Shown one piece after another: positions 51,841 to 60,018 of a stretch of 60,018 nucleotides of DNA. The notes under the pieces are model-generated. The model searched no databases. It saw only the letters and a list, made by a program, of their open reading frames with translations, and was not told the DNA's origin. Every line of letters begins with the position of its first letter. Position 1 is the first letter of the stretch. Origin of the DNA: Octopus bimaculoides (Eukaryota). The translations under genes and the position numbers were made by a program. The stretch is from contig NC_068988.1 of assembly GCF_001194135.2 (NCBI RefSeq), forward strand, positions 51,548,065 to 51,608,082. The letters run 5' to 3'.

Positions 51841-52540
51841 AGAATTTGAATCCAAGGACCGAGATCTCTGGCGATATAAGAATCTCAAAAAGACTTGCTC
51901 GCCTCAGCAAAACTGATTCTGGAAATGTTAAACTTTGGGTTTTCCACCTGTTACAGTGACTCTCCACCCTCATGCACTATGCCTGTATCTTCCCTCTCCC
52001 TTCTCTTCCAACCTTCACCAACTGTATCATCTATCTACTCCTACCGTTTGTCCCCACCCCCCAAATTCTTCAGCATTTCTCTGTCTTCCCAGCTCATGGC
52101 TCTTGTCTCATTCAACCTTCAACCTACCCATTTTGGCCAGTCTGCCTTCCCACTCCTCCTTCACCTTCTACAATCTCACAAACTACCCACAAACTTCCAT
52201 TCAGCTTGTGCCTTGTGGGGCCACCTCGGACACATTGTCATTATCTATGTTTTGCAGCTTCTACTGATTATTTTCTCTTTTTCTCACCCCAACTAGATGT
52301 AAGAATCCATGCAGATCCCTCTGCAGGAACACGCAATGCCCCACACTCTCACAGTACTTTNNNNNNNNNNNNNNNNNNNNNNNNNNNNNNNNNNNNNNNN
52401 NNNNNNNNNNNNNNNNNNNNNNNNNNNNNNNNNNNNNNNNNNNNNNNNNNNNNNNNNNNNNNNNNNNNNNNNNNNNNNNNNNNNNNNNNCACCCCAGGGT
52501 TCATAGTCTTGCAAACTGCAGAGCAGCCTGAATAGTGCAG

Positions 52541-52716
52541 GTGGCATGAAAAAAAGCACCCAGCCCATGCAGTAAAGTGGTTGGCATTAGGAAGGGCATC
52601 CAGCCATAAGAACTCTGCCAAAGCAGACACTGGAACTCAATGCAATCCTTGAGACACATCAGGTCCTGTCAGACCAGCCAACACATGCCAGCATGGAAAA
52701 TGGATGTTAAATGATG
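52541..52716 (+). mobile_element. family 3 repeat, intronic, inverted relative to 51583-51840
   Basis: GTGGTTGGCATTAGGAAGGGCATCCAGCC...CATGCCAGCATGGAAAATGGATGTTAAATGATG. Confidence 0.75.
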
Positions 52717-53792
52717 AAAACGGTAAAACATTTCTATACATCATAATACTACATAAAAAAAAAGTGGGGTATCATTGCAGGAAAGAGAGATTTTTTCCCC
52801 ACAATTTCAAAGCCCATAATTAGTGGTACTAAGAATTAATGGTATGTGTACTTCAAACAAGGGCATATTATGCATAAATAAACATGATAAATACTAAGCT
52901 TGAGTAGGAAAACATGGGTGTGGAGAGAAGATTTTTAGGGCAAGTGAACTGCAAAATACATCCAGGGACCTGGTGGAAGTGTTAAAGTGAGTGATATGTG
53001 AGGCCTACAACCCAGACTAAAGGGGCTTCTAAGTGGCTACTCAACTTGCTAGAAACAGCAGCAAAATCTCTTAAGTTCCACTCCGTTGTTAAGAAAAAAA
53101 AAAACATATTGGCTAATGTAATTTCAGGAATAATTAATCTGGAGTAAAAAATATATGATCTCACATGGAATGCCTATCATCATCAGTCTGTCTGCTTGAT
53201 GCAGGATAATCTGGGGTTAAACCACAACTTACATCACGAGAGCAGGAAGAGCTTAACATACAGTTGCTTTTAAGAAATTATTCAATACAAAAGTACAAGT
53301 TGAAATCAGCCAGATAAATGACTGTAATACTGTACACTGAAACTAAATGAATAAATGTCTCTAAGTAGGTGGAGTTAGATTTGACAAATACATGCTCTAC
53401 TTAAACAAATAACAGGATATTAAGATGTTGAAGTTATTAAAGATACAAAGACAGCAGAGATGTAAGAAATTAGTCAGTCAAATTGTCCCCTTCTGGTGTG
53501 ATAACTGTTTTAACTCCTTAAAGTATGAAATAATTAGAAAACATGTACAAATAGTTCCTAGATGTACATGTGCACCCACTGTGCCAGGACCAAACAGTGA
53601 TGCTTATCTACTCAATTGTCGTAGCTCATTATGTCAGTGATTATGATAATAGGCACATAAAGATTTATCATTTGTTCAACACATGGTAACAGTGACGGCA
53701 AATGTAATTAACATAACCTCACAAATATTTATACCCATTACACACACACACACACACACACGAGTAAGTTCTCGAATCACATATAAGAGCTT

Positions 53793-53864
53793 CTGTGTGT
53801 GTGTGTGTTGCTCTGTGTGTGTGTGTTGCTCTGTGTATGTGTGTTGCTCTGTGTATGTGTGTAT
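53793..53864 (+). repeat. 18-bp tandem repeat (GTGTATGTGTGTTGCTCT-like), about 3.5 copies
   Basis: Read directly; derived from a (TG)n tract. Confidence 0.8.
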
Positions 53865-54430
53865 TTCTTAGAAATGACATCTGAAAGCTACTAGCGGGCA
53901 CAAAGTTGAATAATGGTCATAATGGAACAATAGTGAACCATATCCACCCCCATAAATATATGAAGTAGTGTTAGTCTATGTACATGCACTCATAGCTATG
54001 TATACATAAAAGAGGCTAACATTCCCTTATTTTAGTGATATCTAAAAATAACAGACCTTAAACCTTTTACTGAAGCTAAATACCCACAACACATTTAACC
54101 CTATTATAAACAGATGCTATAGATACGTTATAGGAAACTGTTCCTCAAAATATACAAGAGAACGCTGAACAGTGAATCAAAGTGCTTGCTACCCCGATGT
54201 TTTCTTTTCTGCTAATTCATAAAAAAACTATTAAGAACAAGAACTATATAAATATAGAAAAGATGGATTTATAAAAAAAAAATGGGGATACAAAAATGCT
54301 ATAGGTTTCAGTTCTTAGTCAACTTAAGATTAATCACTCCACATACTCTGAACTGGACTAAGAATATTATTTTCCTTTAATCTTGCTAAGAGTAAGCAGG
54401 GTAATCTTGTTAAGAGTAATCTATGTTATC

Positions 54431-54546
54431 TTGATACCAACTCACCTGACCCTTTTGATACCAACCCACCTGACCCTTTTGATACCAACTCACCTGACCC
54501 TTTTGATACCAACTCACTTGACCCTTTTGATACCAACCCACCTGAC
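54431..54546 (+). repeat. 24-bp tandem repeat, about 4.8 copies
   Basis: Unit TTGATACCAACYCACCTGACCCTT starting at 54431, 54455, 54479, 54503 and 54527. Confidence 0.9.
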
Positions 54547-55920
54547 ACCACCCTAAGTTCTATGATACAAGCTTCCCATTTTAAAGTTATCTAAATTAAA
54601 ACCATCCATCACAAATTCTTGTTACTTTCTGTTTCAAACACAAGCTTAATATCAACAAAGTTATTTTACTAAATTTGTCAGTAATTGCAAAATTAAATGA
54701 AACAGAAGCAGTATACATTTCATCACAAGTATTGTGTAAATACACAAAGATTAGTAATTGAATTAATAACCCCACCTTGATTAATGTACAAGGATTTTTT
54801 TTAAAAATAAATCTTTCATTATTATATTATACAAACTAGCAATTAGTCTACCTCGTCAACATAGCAATCTGTCTTAATTTGTTAACACCTCTTGATAAGT
54901 TAAAGAATCAACACAGATTTCTAAGAGAAAATAAAATTAATATATTAAATAAACACTTACTATGAAATAAACCTTTATAGTATGATTGTTAGAGAGCTCT
55001 GACAAAGCTGACCATTAAAAAACAGATGGTTGACTACAATTGGCTGCTATTGAGGGTTTCTCCTACAAGATGGGCATGATCAGAGATTAATAGTTGTGAT
55101 CTGTTTATCAAAACTTAACAAAGGATAAGCAACTTCAAGCATACAGCTAGGTATTAGTAAAAGAATTTAATGAAATAGCTTTCATATTCAATGAGAACAT
55201 ATTTGGAAGAGACACTCAGAAACAAAGTGAAATTTAAACAACCAGAAATTTTCAAACCTCTTTCAAGCAAAATGAATTTAAAAGTGCCTGATAATAAACA
55301 TCTAGGATTTGATATAGAGTCCAAACAAGGTGTGACTGGTTCAAGAATTTGCAGAAAAAAAAATTGCCATTAGTTAGCCTTAACTGTTATGAGTACCATA
55401 TACCACCCCCAACATCAATAACAACTGTGACACAGACTGTACCAAATGTAGTGTTAAGAAACAGACGTATGTTTAGACAAGTGACAGTTCTCATGCATGG
55501 CACCAGCAAAGGAAATGAGAGACATTTTCTGACAGTGAGGAAAAAACAAATCAAAACAAGAGATGATAATAATAATAATAATAAAAAAAAAAAAACTACA
55601 CCATTACTGGGAAACTGCTTCTACACAGCAAAATAAAAGACAGCAGATAGTGGTGGTCATGGGGAATGGTTTACTGGTGAGGAATATGAAAATAAACAGC
55701 CTTAAAAAAAGGATGAAAAAAAATAATGGAAATGGTAGCAGAGAATTGGTGTACAGAATTATTTTAGCTGAAAAGTTTGGTGGAATGTCTAGTTACTGAG
55801 AGAGAGGAAATAGGGGTGGGGGGAAACAAAACTTTTCAAAAAATCCAACTTAATAGAAAAAACGTTGCTGAAAGTGTGGGAGGAGATTAAATGAATTGCT
55901 AGCAACAACTAAAAGACAGG

Positions 55921-55922
55921 CA

Positions 55923-55959
<37 letters not shown>

Positions 55960-55961
55960 AT

Positions 55962-55994
<33 letters not shown>

Positions 55995-56045
55995 CACACT
56001 CTCTCTCTCCATATACATATATCTATATATATACATATACATATA

Positions 56046-56100
<55 letters not shown>
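55921..56100 (+). repeat. compound (CA)n/(TA)n/(CT)n microsatellite
   Basis: Read directly from the sequence. Confidence 0.9.
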
Positions 56101-56101
<1 letters not shown>

Positions 56102-56675
56102 AAATCTGCTACTAGCTATGTTTTGGTTACACCCACTCCAACTGTGTTACATGGTGAGAAGTAGAGTAGATGCCACATGTAGCAAATCTAGCACATTCTC
56201 AGACATGTGACAAATTCTGCAAAACTAACATGTCTAGATTAGGTGAAGAAATAGAGCTCCAAAAGACAATTCTTCATAATAAGCCTTAACAGTACACAAT
56301 TTTTTAAACAAATTCTTAACAGTCGTAATTTTGATAGTATCTTTCCAATAGCAGATTTTCAGAAATCAGTGTAACAGCATTCCACACAAACACAGTGAAG
56401 GTATAAGGTCAAGTGGTTAAAGTATTCAGGTCATGATCATAAAGTAAGGAGTTCAATTCCAGAAGTGGGTGGGGCAATGGGACTTTGAACAAAGCACTCC
56501 ATTTACACTTTGCTTCAATTTCACTCAACTGAAAACGAGTACCAGTAACAGCTGCAGTGTTAACTCCATGATGGTCTCATGCCCTGTTCACAGGAGTGAT
56601 CTTGTACTCACAATCCATCAAACATTATGGAAACTGGAATAGGATACAGCCTAATGGGCTTGCAGGTACAAGACT

Positions 56676-56706
<31 letters not shown>

Positions 56707-56984
56707 ACACAATGTTTGTAAGATATACATGCACATTGTGCATATTGTGTACAAATCTATACACACAGGTATGGTGAGTGACAAAAAAGCTTGCTTTGCA
56801 ATGATGTGGTTCCAGGTTCAATCTTACTAAATGCTAACTTGGATGACTGCCTTCTGTCTGCAGTTGTAGCTTGACCAAAACGTAAAATTTGGTAGACAGA
56901 AACTGTTTAGAAAGGCCATCGTGTGAGTGTGTGTGTGTGTGTGTGTGATTGTGCATGCTTGTTTGTGTGTCTAGGTTTTACACT

Positions 56985-57197
56985 GGTATAAAAAATAATG
57001 TAAACACACCTGTACTGGTGGCATGTAAAAAGCACCCAGCACACTGCTACGTAGTTGGCATCAGGAAGGGCATCCAGCCATAGAAACCATGCCACAACAA
57101 ACAGTTGGAGTGTAGACAGCTCCCTCCTAGCCAGCTCCATGTCAAAATGTCCAACCCATGCCAGCACAGAAAGAGAACATTAAATGGTGATGATGAT
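56985..57197 (+). mobile_element. family 3 repeat, intronic
   Basis: GTTGGCATCAGGAAGGGCATCCAGCCATAGAAACC...ACATTAAATGGTGATGATG. Confidence 0.7.
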
Positions 57198-57584
57198 GTA
57201 CTGCTTTGTAGTCTGTAAACTAGTGATTCAACAAATTCAAATCAGTAAAACAAGTAGCAGACCAAAATAAGCCCCGAGATTTATATGACTGACTAAAACA
57301 CTTGACATTGGCTGCTGTCCAGTGATGGAAGCCAGTAAATAGAAATAGAAATATATTTACACAGATATACACACACACAAACACACATAACTGCGGACTA
57401 GATATACAGTAAAACAATCAGTACAGATGAAGGCATCGATGTAATTCTATTGATGTATGAAATGTCAGAAATATTTAATAATGTTAATCTTTTTACTTTC
57501 CAATCAAGTTGAATATATAAACACCTGGAAGATTATAAGATGTGTGCTTGTACCTGATGTTAGTGGGAGTTTTAAAAAGACCAA

Positions 57585-58205
57585 GGCATGGCTGTGTGGT
57601 TAAGAAGCTCATTTGAAAGCACATGGTTTTGAGTTCAGTCCCACTGCAGGGCACTTTGGGCAAGTGTCTTCTACTATAGCCTCAGCCCAACCAATGCATT
57701 GTGAGTGTATGCAGTAGTCATAAGTGTGTGTGTGTGTGTGTATGTGTGTGTGTGTGTGTGTGCGTGTGTGTGATAAGGTGGAGAGCTGGCGGAAACGCTA
57801 GCACGCCAGGCGAAATGCTTAGTGGTATTTCGTCTGTCTTTGCATTCTGAGTTCAAATTCCTCCAAGGCCGACTTTGCCTTTCATCCTATCGGGGGTCGA
57901 TAGATTAAGTACCAGTTGCGTACTGGAGTCAATCTAATCAACTGGCTCCCTTTTCAAAAATTTCAGGCCTTGTGCCTAGAGTAGAAAAGAATAAGTGCGT
58001 GTGTAAATGTGTGTGTGTTTGTCTCTCCTGCTACTTCACAACCACTGTTGGTTTGTTTATATCTCCACAACTTAGTGGTTTAACAAAAGAGACCAATAGA
58101 ATAAGTACCATATTGAAAAAAAAAAAAGAATACCGTGGTTGGTTTGTTTAACTAAACTCTGCAAAATAGTGCCCCACCATGAAACAAGTAAAAGATAAAA
58201 GATAG
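57585..58205 (+). mobile_element. SINE family 1 interrupted by a family 2 SINE
   Basis: Family 1 head at 57585, (TG)n, family 2 insert at 57775-57993, then the family 1 3' part resumes. Confidence 0.75.
57775..57993 (+). mobile_element. SINE family 2 (tRNA-like head GAGCTGGCGGAAACGCTAGC)
   Basis: Very similar to 37227-37445: CTGAGTTCAAATTCC...GACTTTGCCTTTCATCCT...AAGTACCAGTTGC...CCTTGTGCCTAGAGTAGAAAAGA. Confidence 0.8.
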
Positions 58206-58791
58206 CAAAGAACACAAGCCTAATACTAAAATACTTGTCTTGACAAAAAGTGTGGTGGGGCTTCTCACTCTGAAGTATAGCTAGTGAGTAGAGAATGGTG
58301 TCTTATTTCACTATTGTGGTCCTAAAGATACATTGTTTATATAACAGATTTCCCAGAGACAACTGAAAATATCATTTACAAATTTAGCACATTCTGTTTT
58401 TATCGTAAATTCAAAAGAAATCACAGAATCAAGATTATTATTGCAATCTAATTAATCAATAAACTTTAAACATGCAAGAACAAAGATAGGCATTTCAATC
58501 CTAGGTTTTAATAGTGAATTAAATATTACTAAATATGAGAGAATCCCTAAGTAATCATGTGACCTACCAGAATTAGTCATCAAATCTTTTTTACAAATGC
58601 ATGTCACATCAAGTCAATTTGCTAGTTACCTGCATGTCATAGGTCTGCTTAATCAGGACTGGACTATAGTACCACAACGATGTTACTAAGGAAAAGTTAA
58701 TGAGGGACTATACATGTGATAAAACATCTTACTAGAAATATCAACCAATTCACCCTCAAATTACAAACTACCAACTGAAAAACAGCATATA

Positions 58792-59005
58792 TGAGTGGGT
58801 ATTGGAAAGTTCCTGGCTTTGGGTAAAAGAAAATACAAGAGGACCAGTTAATTATGATTTTGTTCAATGTATTCCCCTCTCAGATTCACACACTTATTGC
58901 AGCAGTCCTTCAGCTTTTCTAAGCCCAGTAAAAGAACTCAGGTTGGGCCTCCAAGCAGGCCTTTCATGGTACTTTTAAAACCAAGAACCTTTCAACACCC
59001 ACTCA
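58792..59005. mobile_element. Tc1/mariner-derived MITE (214 bp) in the EHD intron
   Basis: TIRs TGAGTGGGTATTGGAAAGTTCCTGG and the reverse complement of CCAAGAACCTTTCAACACCCACTCA (4 transitions in 25 bp); TA on both sides. Confidence 0.8.
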
Positions 59006-59229
59006 TACATATTAGATAATATAGTTCTAGATATACTATGGCTGCAAAATAGACAAGTTAGTCACAGCTAGCACATCACTGGAACATAGTTCTGTTTAGT
59101 CAGGGATGACTGAGCTAAACATTACTAAAGGAGGGAAACAATATACTATAATATTTAGGGTAATTTGCAAACAATACAAAGATCTCTAAAGATATTTCTT
59201 TAGAGAATTGTTATTCAAATAGATCTTAC

Positions 59230-59666
59230 CTTAGCAAGTCTAGCTCTTTTAATCAAGTCATTCAACTTCCTCAGCGCTGCATTGCGAGGAAGGCTTTGTA
59301 GATCCCGAAACAAATCCTTTTCTTCTAATTCAAAAAGTTTTCTATTCATATCAAATTGAAGAGGTTGGTCCCAAAATGAGCCAATGAAAACCCGTGCAAC
59401 CTCAGGAGTGTTCAGGACCTTCCCCAAAGACCACATAAGGGCACCGTATACCCGCATCAGCTGCTGGTGGTCAACCATATCGGCTTTGTTGAGTACAATA
59501 CGTATTTTGTCATCATAACCTTTGATGGCTTCTATTGCACGCCGGAATTCGTCAGATATATCTAACTTGTGAGCATCAAACAGCAGTATAATACGATCAA
59601 CTCTTTCGGCAAACCATTCCAGAACTCCAGCAAAGTCATAACCACGATCGATGCGTTGTTTCTCAC
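59230..59666 (-). CDS. EHD1: EHD1/Past1-like internal exon (437 nt), C-terminal half of the dynamin-like G domain
   Basis: Acceptor ...TTATTTCAG|GT GAG AAA (phase 1) and donor GCT AAG|GTAAGA (phase 0). Translation GEKQRIDRGYDFAGVLEWFAERVDRIILLFDAHKLDISDEFRRAIEAIKGYDDKIRIVLNKADMVDHQQLMRVYGALMWSLGKVLNTPEVARVFIGSFW...LNDLIKRARLAK. Splices in frame to VHAYII of the 45715 exon and contains the NKAD G4 motif. Confidence 0.96.
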
Positions 59667-60018
59667 CTGAAATAATAATAATGATATGAAAACAAAATCA
59701 GAAATAATTACAGACAGGTGGTCTAAGAATATAAATTTAATGCATTGTAAAAAATATAAAAGTAAAAATGTTAAGTATGGATTACTGTAATAATTATTAT
59801 TTCAACTAGTTATTTAGTTTTGGGTGAGGTCAGATATATAACAATACCTTTTTATCATTTTGTATAAAAAGAAATGACAGAGAAAATATATATTGACAGA
59901 AAGGATTATCAAACAAAGATGTAAAATGAAATTATCAAGTTGAAAAAAAAAAGGTTAAAAAAAATGAAATTATCAAGTTGAAAATAAAATGTCAAAACTT
60001 TTCAAAATATGAATGTAA

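Larger units (their letters stand above)
45716..59229 (-). other. EHD intron (13,514 nt, GT-AG, phase 0)
   Basis: GTAAGA donor at 59229 and TACAG acceptor ending at 45716; the flanking exons join in frame as RLAK|VHAY. Confidence 0.9.

Noticed and set aside
55191-55800. Nested plus-strand gene in the EHD intron (three short ORFs)
   Set aside because: No recognisable domain, A-rich low complexity and no convincing splice structure.

Overview
AT-rich, repeat-dense animal genomic DNA with seven N-gaps, most likely from an Octopus draft assembly (inferred from the microsatellite load and the SINE/RTE-LINE families). The only host gene is the 3' part of an EHD1/Past1-type EH-domain endocytic ATPase on the minus strand. 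It has an internal exon at 59230-59666 and a terminal coding exon at 45020-45715, joined by a 13.5-kb GT-AG intron; its 5' exons lie beyond the window. The rest is intergenic or intronic: several tRNA-derived SINE families, RTE, CR1-like and Tx1/L1-like LINE remnants, mariner-, piggyBac- and hAT-like MITEs, a rearranged LTR element, and many microsatellites. Nearly all other ORFs in the track are repeat or N-gap artefacts. The best leads are: (1) a tRNA-headed, SINE-like element carrying a minimal type I hammerhead ribozyme (about 15747-16073); (2) an LTR remnant whose primer-binding site extends through about 43 nt of tRNA-Trp and sits within interleaved direct and inverted repeats (19261-20864); (3) a retro-insertion with a 21-bp TSD and a fold-back copy of its own target flank (40584-40938); (4) a PHD-type finger embedded in RTE ORF2. 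Repeat family labels are my own, and repeat boundaries are approximate unless stated.
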